64,000 nt of DNA from a virus. Position numbers and translations under genes: made by a program. Positions 37,901-47,501 of this stretch are shown here, piece by piece. The DNA is taken from the IMG/VR virus record IMGVR_UViG_3300046820_002568, positions 32,001 to 96,000 of that record; one strand, 5' to 3'. The first letter of the stretch is position 1, and each line of letters opens with the position of its first letter. Below the pieces are notes generated by a model. The model searched no databases. It had not been told where the DNA came from and worked only from the letters and a program-made list of their open reading frames with translations.

Positions 37901-38251
37901 ATAAACTTGTGGGCTACTAAATAATATTGTTCCGTTGGGTTGTCCACAATTGCAGTCAGTGACAGTGTTAACATTTATAGTACTCGAGGTCGTTACAAAA
38001 AAATTGATACTTTGTTCTCCTGGAGGATTATCAGTATCAGTTAATGTAAAACTATATGTACCTCCACTTAATCCATTAACTAAGTAAGGACTTTGGGTTA
38101 AAGTTTGAGACGAAAATGTTAGTCCTGAAATAGGGTTAGTCCATGTTATATAAACGGGTGGAGAAGTTGCAGTGAAACTTAAAGAAATGGCACCTGCCGA
38201 AGTATTACTACAATCTCCAGTTAATATATAACTATAATTAATTAAACCCAT
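34937..38251 (-). CDS. SprB-repeat protein with PT linkers and small C-terminal Cys-bounded domains
   Basis: About seven repeats of C...G(T/S)I...GGxxPYxY...GLxxGxYxVTITDxxGC. Confidence 0.8.
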   Translation of the reverse strand: MGLINYSYILTGDCSNTSAGAISLSFTATSPPVYITWTNPISGLTFSSQTLTQSPYLVNGLSGGTYSFTLTDTDNPPGEQSINFFVTTSSTINVNTVTDCNCGQPNGTILFSSPQVYSSSKFRLYDINNNFVKSATTTNSTFAFSSLFPNFYYATLEDSGGCIGTSEVVLVRDSLTFDFGLYTVDSPFCQVGRGQIYVTGMTGVPPYTYQWTKNIPSSYNVTTSSTTLSVTGLTSGSYGVTITDASGCQKTVNTVVNPSPQLGLINYVAQSPSCFNGDGSLTFSFSGGAAPYYYLLSNGDYQIILSNQVTFTGLSSGNYTLNVTDSAICTTTAKATLLSPNTFTVLNTYKTNANCNLLGSISVNLEGGTPPYFYSLSGDNSVTINQNSLIKSTSFGSLSPGNYYLSIRDSKSACTYNESVVIENLYNFDITTSATSTNCGGNDGTISVVTSNPSRDDLQFTYSLSNGLTSTQTTTTSYTFSSLSSGFYTLSVTDQFGCIRTESIYIQPSELVSVLLYPTSCNDGSSGTITALIKDADGPFNFTWSENVNGQTGIFVTGLTAGTYTLTISNNEGCVQSTSTTVSCNPLSASNYTVKFKDGTVNNIQSTKFTLKNMMYSGYTSLVANATNCSLSSATFSFKINIAGTDYQFPFYFTQSFNDIPDLGYFATIIESAVLTIPDIVSCIVDADTNAISIVSSGSGGYRDETISFTIIIDFKINCTSVNNIICITPSPTITPSITPTITPSITPTITPTIARYSFAVTSGLTENDACFGTGTTIIYGTESIFDTNTEFYNNNYGAVTIVMSGYYSLNGVVCELDTGGNVVGSFGICPTPTNTPTPTITPTPSTTATVTPTVTQTITPTKSATPTVTPTRTVTPTNTVTPTTTVTPTISYFSYILGTGATQTLACDDYWASPQTLYAPVSGGSTPNVGEKIYLDASATPSSPAPDGYYSDGYAWYLVSGGTGTITSSDPNGCVGLITPSVTPTNTPTPSVTTTKTPTPTVTPTISAVTLCFDYDYSSVNYTESKTPDGVFSGRSYYNLTNGVVWSDGGVYWYWSDVLGNSTTYYDRLYNGVQLTPNSLSYSWYNPNSSAGTQFNSSLIGAC

Positions 38252-38254
38252 CTA

Positions 38255-41203
38255 TTAAAGACAACCAAATTGAATGTTTATAAATTGTAAATTAAATTCC
38301 ACAGATTGTATCTGAATACAATCTTGTGATTGCAATGTAAGTATATTTTTTTCATAATTAGCTGTTATACTAATATTTGTAAATTCATCCATCAAAAATC
38401 CAACTCCTTGTAATATAAATTCATTCCAAGCATCGCTTTTAATAATATAGTTAGAACCCTCATAAACTGAAGGATTACTATATTGTAATGTATATGTTTG
38501 TGAATTTTTTACTATTACTAATTCAAAACCATATTGTAACGACTTTACATATGGTACAGTTTTACCACAATCAACCTCATTCAAAATAGCACCTATCTGA
38601 AACTGTATTTCGTTTGAGCTATATGTTAAATTAACAGTTACATCGGTTGCGTTACAGTCATTTGGAGCAAAACCTCCAAATACTTGTGGTCCAGCAACAT
38701 TAAAATCTGTTGGTAGACATCCTCTTTGCATTCTGTAAACAAATTTTTGTCTGTGGAATATTGAATTTTCTATTCTGGTACCTGTGTTCCAAATAGTACT
38801 CGCAGGTATAAATTGTTCAACCAGTCTAATCCAAAAATCACCAATACCATTAATGTATTTGGTCATTGCAGAATATGAAAAATTGTTATTTTCAATCCCA
38901 ACATCATTAAACATTGTAAGATATTTGTAATATATGTTTTGTAAAGTTGGGTACCCCCCTGTTTTACCATCAGAAGAGTTTTGTCTGTGTCTTACATTTA
39001 TCATGTTTCTCCAAAAAGTTTCTTTAAATTCAAAGAAATCTTTTATTTGTGGTTTTGGATTAATTACGGTTGAATCATAATTTTCAAAAATGAAAGGATT
39101 CTCTGTTTCAGGTAATTTCGTAACACCACTATAAGGAATAGGATAATTTTGTGTATTGGACATATACCAAACATCATATGCAAGTGCTTGGGCCGGATTT
39201 AAAAATAAATCCACATTTTTCACATTTAGTAATAATCTATCGTCCGCAACTTGGTAATAAGCATCAAAGTTACCTGAAGAATTTTTCCTTAAAAATTCCC
39301 CGTCAACCCAAGATTTTTTATTATCAATTGTTTTTTGTAATTCAAACCCATCACCTAAATAAGGAAAATATCTAAATCTATCTAAATATTTTTCGCCATA
39401 ACTAAAAGGTTCAAGTGAAGTTTGGACAGTTGGGCTATCTCCAGTAAACACACTTCCATTTGAATCTATTACCTCGGGACTTCTGTGTTGTGGTGTTGAT
39501 TCAAACCATCCTGAACCTTTTTGAAAATAAAAACTATCATTGTCTTGTGGAACTTTTGGATAACCTTCATTATCGATTGGATAATCTTCTCTAGTTAAAG
39601 TAACATCAACTATAGTAGTTGAGGATGTAAAAGCCGTATAGGGGGCTCCATTAAATCTATATGTATTATTTGGGTCAAGAACAGACAAAGAACTTGTGAA
39701 AGTTCCTCCAGTAATTGTAGTATATAAAGCATTAAAGTTAGCTATAGGGTATTTTCCTCCAGCTAAGTAAACATGTTCATTAAATTCAACAAGAGCCTCG
39801 GGAGCGCCTATATTATTCATTAAAAATTCTATAGCCCTTCTTGTTCCTTTTGATTTGAATAGATATGCAGAATTTAATATTAAATTCCTATAATACTGAT
39901 AATTCAATTCATCAGTAGAAACTCCGTTTGAAAGTCCTGGAAAATTACTAGAGTTTTGTTGGTATAGTGTTGATAGAAATCCGTCGCTTTGTACTGGAGA
40001 TATATTTGTCTTCCAACCTAAAGTTTCCGCAACATTTGTTAATAATTTTGATGGGACATCGTCACCAACATTATAATTAACTGAAACCATGTGAGAAATT
40101 GAATCAATATATTTTTTACTCTCATCAAAACTTCTTCCATATATCTTTAATGTCTTATTAACTTTACCGTCAATTGTGTCAAATTCTTTTAATGATTCGG
40201 TAGTATAGAATCTAGATAATAAATCAGTTTGATTTACATCATAGCTCTGACCTATTTCATCCAAATTTTGGAGGTACTTTGTGAATGCCGGTGTTTTAAT
40301 ATCAATATTCCAAGAACCATCAAGTGGCCAGGTCACTGTTTGGTATTTAATAAAGTCGTTACCGTCAGGTGATTCTGTGTTAACTTGGAATTCAGATGTA
40401 TAAATTGGATATGAAGTCCTATTAAGTAATAACTCCTCAATCTCGTCAAGCTCTAAATTAAAAACTTCATTAACTGTGAAATCATTTGGTCTAATTACCA
40501 GTAACTGTCTTGTAGTTGTTACCCCGCTAAATGGGTTTCCTTTGACCAATATTGATAGGGTTCCGGCGGTCACTGAAGTAGTACCGGTCATATCTACCAC
40601 ACTAAAACTACCATTTGGTGTTTCTAAGATATAACTTGTATAATATGATGTAAAATTTCTATATTTGGATACTTCAAACTCTAATGAGGATAAATTAATT
40701 GACGCTCTAATTGAAAAATCTACTGAGAACGGATTTTTAACCGTTGACGCATCTAACTGTAAAAAAGTAAAATCTTCAGAAGAATCATAACTAATATTAA
40801 ATGCAGTATTACCTGTGGTATAATCAAGTCTTATTTGTGAAGATTCTATAGCTGCGGGAAAGTGGTTAATAATATTTAAAACAGCTGCCGAAAATCTTTT
40901 ACTTAAAGGTCCATAAGCAACAAAATTTAAAACATTTGTTTCATCAAAATTAGGAAATATTCTAAAGTTAACTTCATTAATTACTTGTGCTTGTACTGTT
41001 GATAATATACTTAAATTATCTAAAGTATAAGGTTGTGAAAATTTTCCAGTATCAAAAAATCTATTACTTTTTTCAGATATAGATGTGGTTAATTGGAAAT
41101 TACCTTGCGTAAGTCCTCCTCCTTGGACTACTTGTAATCCAACTATATTATCAAAAATACTACTTTCAGATAATCGTTTCTGAGGAGGACAAGTATATGA
41201 CAT
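38255..41203 (-). CDS. Baseplate wedge protein (T4 gp7 / P2 gpI-like)
   Basis: VPSKLLTNVAETLGW...YLFKSKGTRRAIEFLM motif typical of gpI/gp7-like wedge proteins; position in the baseplate cluster. Confidence 0.7.
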   Translation of the reverse strand: MSYTCPPQKRLSESSIFDNIVGLQVVQGGGLTQGNFQLTTSISEKSNRFFDTGKFSQPYTLDNLSILSTVQAQVINEVNFRIFPNFDETNVLNFVAYGPLSKRFSAAVLNIINHFPAAIESSQIRLDYTTGNTAFNISYDSSEDFTFLQLDASTVKNPFSVDFSIRASINLSSLEFEVSKYRNFTSYYTSYILETPNGSFSVVDMTGTTSVTAGTLSILVKGNPFSGVTTTRQLLVIRPNDFTVNEVFNLELDEIEELLLNRTSYPIYTSEFQVNTESPDGNDFIKYQTVTWPLDGSWNIDIKTPAFTKYLQNLDEIGQSYDVNQTDLLSRFYTTESLKEFDTIDGKVNKTLKIYGRSFDESKKYIDSISHMVSVNYNVGDDVPSKLLTNVAETLGWKTNISPVQSDGFLSTLYQQNSSNFPGLSNGVSTDELNYQYYRNLILNSAYLFKSKGTRRAIEFLMNNIGAPEALVEFNEHVYLAGGKYPIANFNALYTTITGGTFTSSLSVLDPNNTYRFNGAPYTAFTSSTTIVDVTLTREDYPIDNEGYPKVPQDNDSFYFQKGSGWFESTPQHRSPEVIDSNGSVFTGDSPTVQTSLEPFSYGEKYLDRFRYFPYLGDGFELQKTIDNKKSWVDGEFLRKNSSGNFDAYYQVADDRLLLNVKNVDLFLNPAQALAYDVWYMSNTQNYPIPYSGVTKLPETENPFIFENYDSTVINPKPQIKDFFEFKETFWRNMINVRHRQNSSDGKTGGYPTLQNIYYKYLTMFNDVGIENNNFSYSAMTKYINGIGDFWIRLVEQFIPASTIWNTGTRIENSIFHRQKFVYRMQRGCLPTDFNVAGPQVFGGFAPNDCNATDVTVNLTYSSNEIQFQIGAILNEVDCGKTVPYVKSLQYGFELVIVKNSQTYTLQYSNPSVYEGSNYIIKSDAWNEFILQGVGFLMDEFTNISITANYEKNILTLQSQDCIQIQSVEFNLQFINIQFGCL

Positions 41204-41204
41204 C

Positions 41205-42116
41205 TTATTGTATTGTTATTATGTTTTGGAAATTTTTACTGAAATCAATGTTATTAATCCTATCTTGTCTAACTTCATATAACAATTCATTAAATTGGTC
41301 GCGTATAACATAAAGATTATATTGTCTATAAATATTGTTATTTGAGTCATATAAGGTGTAAATACCATCTTCAATTGATTTGGTCTGATTACCATAAAGA
41401 GCAATAGCCAAAGTAGACGCATCGTGTTCAACTATTTCAACTTCAACTACCGTTGGATTGAAGAAAGTATTAGTAACGATTATATTTTGATTTGGGTTAC
41501 CAATAAATGGTGTTGCATTTGGTTTTGTGGTTGGTGACGATGAAGGTGTTAGGGTTAAAAACATCAAATTAGTGGTACCTTCTGAGTATCTGTATCTTAC
41601 AGCCTTTTGTAATGTATTAGTTAGGTTTTGGGTTACTGGTTCACAATAAAATGATGATGTTACTATTCTATAAAAATTGGGAATTTTAGTCCCATCGTCA
41701 TTTAGATACTCTATTCTAAACCCTACAAGTCCTTGGTTTATAAATTTGTTTCTATAATTTGAGGGAACATCTTGTAAATTAATAATGATTCCTTTAATAT
41801 TTGGGGATGATGATAAAACACCACAATCATTAATTCTAGTTCTAATTTGTGAAGGTCTAAAATATAGTGTGTAGATTCCAAGGGCATTAAATTGGTCCGC
41901 AGGTAATGTTAAATTATACAATCCTCCTAATAGTTCAGTATCTCCCCCACCTATATTAGTATTACTGTAATAAGGTCTTAAATATTGTTGTGAGTCTAAT
42001 CTTGTTAAACTAAAATCCGAGCTTTGGTCTCTTGACGGCACATAATGTAATATTATGTCCACATCTTCTGGACTTACATCTGCCGGTCTAACTATTCCAT
42101 AATTTCCTGTTGCCAC
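41205..42116 (-). CDS. Hypothetical structural protein
   Basis: 303 aa, GTG start, in the baseplate cluster; no recognised motif. Confidence 0.75.
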   Translation of the reverse strand: MATGNYGIVRPADVSPEDVDIILHYVPSRDQSSDFSLTRLDSQQYLRPYYSNTNIGGGDTELLGGLYNLTLPADQFNALGIYTLYFRPSQIRTRINDCGVLSSSPNIKGIIINLQDVPSNYRNKFINQGLVGFRIEYLNDDGTKIPNFYRIVTSSFYCEPVTQNLTNTLQKAVRYRYSEGTTNLMFLTLTPSSSPTTKPNATPFIGNPNQNIIVTNTFFNPTVVEVEIVEHDASTLAIALYGNQTKSIEDGIYTLYDSNNNIYRQYNLYVIRDQFNELLYEVRQDRINNIDFSKNFQNIITIQ

Positions 42117-42137
42117 ACTTTTTCTTTTTAAAATTTA

Positions 42138-44678
42138 TTAAATATCATTATAATTTCTAACATCAAAAAACTTATAACCATAAGTTCTAAGTGAACCCGT
42201 ATTATTAACTTCACCAATTCTCCTGAAATTCTCCATTCCTGATATTTTTCCTCTTTCAATAAATACATTTGATTGGATTATTGGCTGCTCAATTACATTC
42301 ATTAGATATTCCATTTTAGTAATTGTTGTTGCCGTTAAGTTAACCTCTGAAAATCCATAAGATTGTACAACAAATACACTAGTACCTGCCGAAAAATCTA
42401 TGTAACTTTGGTCGTTAATTGTATAAGCGGTATATTCAGGACTTTGCGAAGTCACCACTCCTGTAGTACCATCAGGTAAATTAATTACTAAATCATTAAC
42501 ATATGGATTTATTCCATAAACTTTCAGTTCTTCAAGTCTAGACTGAGTAAATCCTGAAATAATGTATGGTACTTCTACAAAATTCCAGCTAGATTGAGCG
42601 TCAATAGTATTCAATGCGTCAAAATAATTTATAAAATTTTGAGATTTTGGACTTGTATTCCATGAGCCATTTTTAGTTAAAAATCTTACTTCCCCATAAG
42701 GATTTTCTATTTCTACTGTAAGATTTGTACCCAGTGCAGGAGTAGGGGTAGGCGTTGAGTTCACACCTATTGTTGGTGTTACGGTAATAGTAGGGGTTGT
42801 TACGATTGTGGGTGTAACTGTTGGGGTAACACCGATGTCAACAGTTGGCGTTGGGGGTAAAAACGGTGGCTCACATCCGGTAGAGCTTGCTAATGCATAT
42901 CTTGGTCCTCCGGGTTCAAATAATACTCTTGCTCTTAAAACTTGACCAGGTGAAAACATCCATGTACATCTTTGACTTGAATAGTCCATAAAATTCATAG
43001 TCATCTCAACAGGATTACCAGGACATGATGAGTAATGCGGATAAACGGGACACCCTGAATTTGGACCGTCATGGGTTGGGGTATCATCAACATCATCACT
43101 TTGGCAATTTCCGTTTCCAGTTCCCCAAATATGTTTTAAGTTCAACCAATGTCCTACCTCATGTGTTGCAGTTCTTCCAACTCCGACAGAATAATTTAGT
43201 CCAGGATTTTCCATACTTCCAATAGTCTCATAATCTAAAACAATTCCATCAGTAGCGGCAGGACCCCCTGGTCCTGGTGCAAATCCAGCATAATTATTAA
43301 TGTCACATACCCAAATATTTAAATATTTGTCCCTTGGCCATGCATTAACCCCTCCTAAGGACTCAAATTGTACTCCATTACCCATAGAGAATTGAGGTAC
43401 ATTTGTAAATTTTCTAGTTATACCATTAGTTGGTCTACCATCAGGGTCTTGAGTTGCCAAACAAAATTGAAGATTCATATTTCCAACTGGTTGGAATATA
43501 TCGGGTGTGTTTGCGATTTGTGGTCCTGATGCGGAAAAATCAATATTTAATTGGTCAATTTGAGCGTAAATTAAATCATCACTTATATTCTGAATATTTT
43601 GACTATAAACAATGTGAAAAACTACAGGAATTGTTATTGTTGTAAATGAAGCGGCTCTTCCTCTATTTTGAATAGCATTTCTAGTAAACTCTTCAATATT
43701 AATTACCTCTTCTTTTGTATTTTTATTTTGTATAAGTGAGTCTTGGTATTCTTGATATCCACATAATAATTCATCCCCTGTTGGGTCAGATTGTAAAGCC
43801 CTACTTATAGGTCCTATCTGTCTTTGTAAAAAACTATCAATTGTTTGCACCGCAGAATACGGTACATTCACTGTTTTTGTAATAACATAATCCCCTAAAG
43901 ATGTTGTACCATAAAAAGTTATGGTATAACTTTTAACATCGGTCAAAGTCGGATATGTATGAGATACCGATTCAGGAATAAAAACTGTAACTTCTTGGAT
44001 TGGTGTACCGTCGCCCCAGTCTATCCTATATGTCGATTCTTGTAAATAAGTTTTTTTGTTATCTGATGTGTTGTATATTGTAATCTCATTTGAGTTAGTG
44101 AATACAAAAGTAAAATTAACTTCGTCGTTTAATTGTGATATTTCTCCGTCCCATGCGGAATAATATCCTATATCTTCGTAGTTTTGCTCTAATAAAATTG
44201 GTATAGATAAATCAATTAATTGTGATGTATTTGGTTGAGTTATTAATAGTTCAACTATACTACCAACAGGGATAGTTATACCATCACCGACCAATTCCAA
44301 AAACAAATAAAAGAAAGTTGTTGCTTCCTGAGTTGGTTGTGTCGTTATGTAATTTACTCTATTTCCATCTTCCGCAATAAAAGTAACAGTTGACCCTGTT
44401 TTTAATTTACTAAAATAAAAAGACCAATCATACCCAGTTGACCCGCTTTTATTAATCCAAATTATTGGAGTTTGTCCTTCAATTGGTTCGAACCCAATAG
44501 AAATTAAATTACCCGCAGATTCCGGTTGAGCAATATTCCAAGTACCCAAGTTAACGGTACCTGAACTTAAAACATAAGATAACCCACTATAATAACCAAA
44601 AGTATTCCCACTATAAGTTTGAGTTGTAAGTTCATTCCTTAAAACCTCAGGTGATATTTTAATTTTAAAAGTTTCCAT
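42138..44678 (-). CDS. Putative structural protein with PKD-like domain and inserted peptidase M43 (pappalysin/ulilysin-like) domain
   Basis: IDWGDG (PKD-like); IPVVFHIVY, YLNIWV, DGIV, GRTATHEVGHWLNLKHIWG, DDVDDTP and MNFMDYS Met-turn; PT linker. Confidence 0.85.
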   Translation of the reverse strand: METFKIKISPEVLRNELTTQTYSGNTFGYYSGLSYVLSSGTVNLGTWNIAQPESAGNLISIGFEPIEGQTPIIWINKSGSTGYDWSFYFSKLKTGSTVTFIAEDGNRVNYITTQPTQEATTFFYLFLELVGDGITIPVGSIVELLITQPNTSQLIDLSIPILLEQNYEDIGYYSAWDGEISQLNDEVNFTFVFTNSNEITIYNTSDNKKTYLQESTYRIDWGDGTPIQEVTVFIPESVSHTYPTLTDVKSYTITFYGTTSLGDYVITKTVNVPYSAVQTIDSFLQRQIGPISRALQSDPTGDELLCGYQEYQDSLIQNKNTKEEVINIEEFTRNAIQNRGRAASFTTITIPVVFHIVYSQNIQNISDDLIYAQIDQLNIDFSASGPQIANTPDIFQPVGNMNLQFCLATQDPDGRPTNGITRKFTNVPQFSMGNGVQFESLGGVNAWPRDKYLNIWVCDINNYAGFAPGPGGPAATDGIVLDYETIGSMENPGLNYSVGVGRTATHEVGHWLNLKHIWGTGNGNCQSDDVDDTPTHDGPNSGCPVYPHYSSCPGNPVEMTMNFMDYSSQRCTWMFSPGQVLRARVLFEPGGPRYALASSTGCEPPFLPPTPTVDIGVTPTVTPTIVTTPTITVTPTIGVNSTPTPTPALGTNLTVEIENPYGEVRFLTKNGSWNTSPKSQNFINYFDALNTIDAQSSWNFVEVPYIISGFTQSRLEELKVYGINPYVNDLVINLPDGTTGVVTSQSPEYTAYTINDQSYIDFSAGTSVFVVQSYGFSEVNLTATTITKMEYLMNVIEQPIIQSNVFIERGKISGMENFRRIGEVNNTGSLRTYGYKFFDVRNYNDI

Positions 44679-45730
44679 TATCCAATAGGGGGGTTAATAT
44701 ATTCAAACCAAGTTATTTCATCAGTTGAACTATCAGTTTGAGTGCTTAGAATTTGATAAGTTTTTGCGTTGTAATCCAAATTAACTACATAATAAAAATC
44801 TTTATTTGATATTCTATATAAATTTGAGTAACTTGTTTGAGGTTCATTTATAAATTTTATATACTGTCCCGTCGCCGCATTGAAAAACTTAGCTGTCATA
44901 TAGAAAGTAGTTATATTAGTTACTGTCTCGTCTTCGAACCAATGAAGGTAGAACCCTTCTTTATTTCCAGTATGGTCTAATATTATTGTAGGAGTAACAA
45001 GTGGTCTAGATGTTGACTCTTCTGTTGGGAGTCCTGTATCACATACACATGGTCCTATTTCAGAAATGGAGTATCTGCTAGTACTGCTAGGAAAATCAAC
45101 TGCTATATAGTAATAGATATAAAGTAGTCCGTCTCTATCTAAATCCAAATATCTAAATTCGGCTTGTGTTCCCAATTTAACACAAATTCTTCTTGTAGGA
45201 TTTTGGCCAGGTACACCTGGAGAAACATTTAATATTTTTTCTGTATTACAACAATCCGTATAAGTTAATCTTCCACTTACAGAGAAAGTGAAAAAATACT
45301 CAAAACATGTTGATTCATTAATACTAGTACTCATCCTTGTTGGAAGAATTACTGTTAAATAATTTCTTTGGGTTTTTGGGTCCATTGAATTATAAAAATC
45401 CAATTTAAAGAAGGATTTATTAAATGCCTCTGAAGCATATCTAACTTGTCCGTCAGTAAATTTGGATAGATAACTATTTTCCCAAGGACCTTCAATTGAT
45501 GGTGAAAAATTAAATCTATATGTTAACCTGCTAAATCCTTGTCCTGTTGCATCGTGTGAAAATCTTGAAAGTTCGTAATTAATCGGTTGACCTATAACTT
45601 GCTCAATTATATTTTCCTGCTCTTCCAAAATTGAGGATTCTCTATCTAAAAAATCCCAATTCATACCAATCGGAACTACAATTCCTTTAGTTAAATCACT
45701 GTCGAGTATTTTAATTCTATTCACATCCAT
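44678..45730 (-). CDS. Hypothetical structural protein
   Basis: 350 aa; SFFKLDFY and FYMTAKFFNA segments flank a Cys-rich insert; baseplate cluster. Confidence 0.7.
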   Translation of the reverse strand: MDVNRIKILDSDLTKGIVVPIGMNWDFLDRESSILEEQENIIEQVIGQPINYELSRFSHDATGQGFSRLTYRFNFSPSIEGPWENSYLSKFTDGQVRYASEAFNKSFFKLDFYNSMDPKTQRNYLTVILPTRMSTSINESTCFEYFFTFSVSGRLTYTDCCNTEKILNVSPGVPGQNPTRRICVKLGTQAEFRYLDLDRDGLLYIYYYIAVDFPSSTSRYSISEIGPCVCDTGLPTEESTSRPLVTPTIILDHTGNKEGFYLHWFEDETVTNITTFYMTAKFFNAATGQYIKFINEPQTSYSNLYRISNKDFYYVVNLDYNAKTYQILSTQTDSSTDEITWFEYINPPIG

Positions 45731-47501
45731 CTATTGTGGGGTCTTCAACTGCTATTGTGTTTATTGAAATATTAGTTCCCTCGGGTATTATTCTAAACAT
45801 AAAATTCTTATAAGGGTAGTGTCTTCCATTCATAAATGGAAAATCAGTTCCATTACCATCTGAGTCAATAAATCCATATGGATATAAATCTCTCCAATAA
45901 AATGTATTATTATAATTAGAGTAAAAAGCATAATCTGGTATTCCATCAGTAGTTTCTTTTGAGCCTTCCTCGATATAATCTGAAAAATCTTTTATCTTTA
46001 TACCAAAAAAAGGTTTATAATAGTATCCCAATGGATTGTTTATACTAGTTCCGATATTAAAAACTTCAGGATTAAAAACAAATTTATGATAACAATCTGA
46101 TAATACAGTTTCTATTTGTGTTATTTCATTCCATTCACATAGGTCTCCATTAATATATTGACCTGGACTTAAATTTCTATTCCTATAGAATGTCCTACCA
46201 TTAGTATCAAAGGCATCAGATGGTATTGTTGTGTTTGAGTAAGTATTAGACCTCTCCCACCAAGCTGTTGTCACATTTGAAATATTAAATTCCCAACCTT
46301 CTTTCAACCCATTTCCTTGGTCTGTCTCGGGGTTGAAGTAACCGAAAAATCCTCTATTGACTACTGTAAAAAATAACTCGGTAAGTGGTCTATTTAAATT
46401 ATCCATTAAACCATTAATATTCACAGTATTGTTAAATGATACATTATAAGATTGTGAATCTTCCTTTATAGATATTCTTGATTTCTGATTTGGTGTTAAA
46501 TCGGCACTTTCCCATTTTTTAGTAGTTCTAAATGCATTTTGTTCAAATCCTGAATTTGTTATTATCGCATCTGTATATGTTGTTAAAATTCTATGTCTTC
46601 TAACATAATATCTAGATTGGGACTCGGTTGGGTTGTCAATGTCTACAACCCTGAAAAATAATCCAGTTTTTGATTCAAAAAACGATGTTGATGTTTCATA
46701 AAAATTAATATCCAAAACATTAAATATAGTTTCTTCTGAACCATAAAATCCGTTACCTAAACTATACACCTCAAATCTATTTCTGTCTGTTTGTACCACA
46801 GATGCCGCATTAACAACTGTGACACTTGGTAAATAAACATATTCACCAACTTGTAAGTTATGTTTAAATGGACAAGTAAACTGCCAAAAAGTTTTGCCGT
46901 CAACATTTATTTTATTCATAATAAATGGTATACCATTTATTGGTTGCCATGTTATTGTTTGCCCATCACCAAATTGATATTGTAGTGTTTTTATACTGTT
47001 ACTTTCAGCGGGATAACTTAAATGAATATACCAATTATAGTAAGATGCCAGTTGAGCCTGTCCATTTATATGTCTACTCAATCCAGTAGTATATCCATCA
47101 ACATTTAAATCAGTTCTTATAAAATTAAATTCATTATATTGAGGTAAACCTCCCCATGGTATAGGAATATCATCGTTCTGAACTTGTAGTCTTTTATATT
47201 GTTCAGCATTAATATAATATAAATTATTATTAAATGGACTATACGGACTGTCAGGTGTTTGGGTAACACCTGAAAAAGAATTGTTAAATATCAATTGGAA
47301 TTTACACGATGGTAAGAACAAAGTCGATTTTTGCCTCTCATCATCATAGACTTGAGCCAAATTTATACTAACAGTTCTATTAAATTCATCTAATTCTTTA
47401 AGTTTCCCACTTAAAGGCACTGAAAGTTGTATCGATTTTTCGGGAGCCTGTTTATATCTCAGACTACCTTTAACAAATTCTATTTTACCTAAATCACTCA
47501 T
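45717..47501 (-). CDS. Hypothetical structural protein
   Basis: 594-aa aromatic/beta-rich ORF overlapping both neighbours, in the baseplate cluster. Confidence 0.7.
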   Translation of the reverse strand: MSDLGKIEFVKGSLRYKQAPEKSIQLSVPLSGKLKELDEFNRTVSINLAQVYDDERQKSTLFLPSCKFQLIFNNSFSGVTQTPDSPYSPFNNNLYYINAEQYKRLQVQNDDIPIPWGGLPQYNEFNFIRTDLNVDGYTTGLSRHINGQAQLASYYNWYIHLSYPAESNSIKTLQYQFGDGQTITWQPINGIPFIMNKINVDGKTFWQFTCPFKHNLQVGEYVYLPSVTVVNAASVVQTDRNRFEVYSLGNGFYGSEETIFNVLDINFYETSTSFFESKTGLFFRVVDIDNPTESQSRYYVRRHRILTTYTDAIITNSGFEQNAFRTTKKWESADLTPNQKSRISIKEDSQSYNVSFNNTVNINGLMDNLNRPLTELFFTVVNRGFFGYFNPETDQGNGLKEGWEFNISNVTTAWWERSNTYSNTTIPSDAFDTNGRTFYRNRNLSPGQYINGDLCEWNEITQIETVLSDCYHKFVFNPEVFNIGTSINNPLGYYYKPFFGIKIKDFSDYIEEGSKETTDGIPDYAFYSNYNNTFYWRDLYPYGFIDSDGNGTDFPFMNGRHYPYKNFMFRIIPEGTNISINTIAVEDPTIDGCE

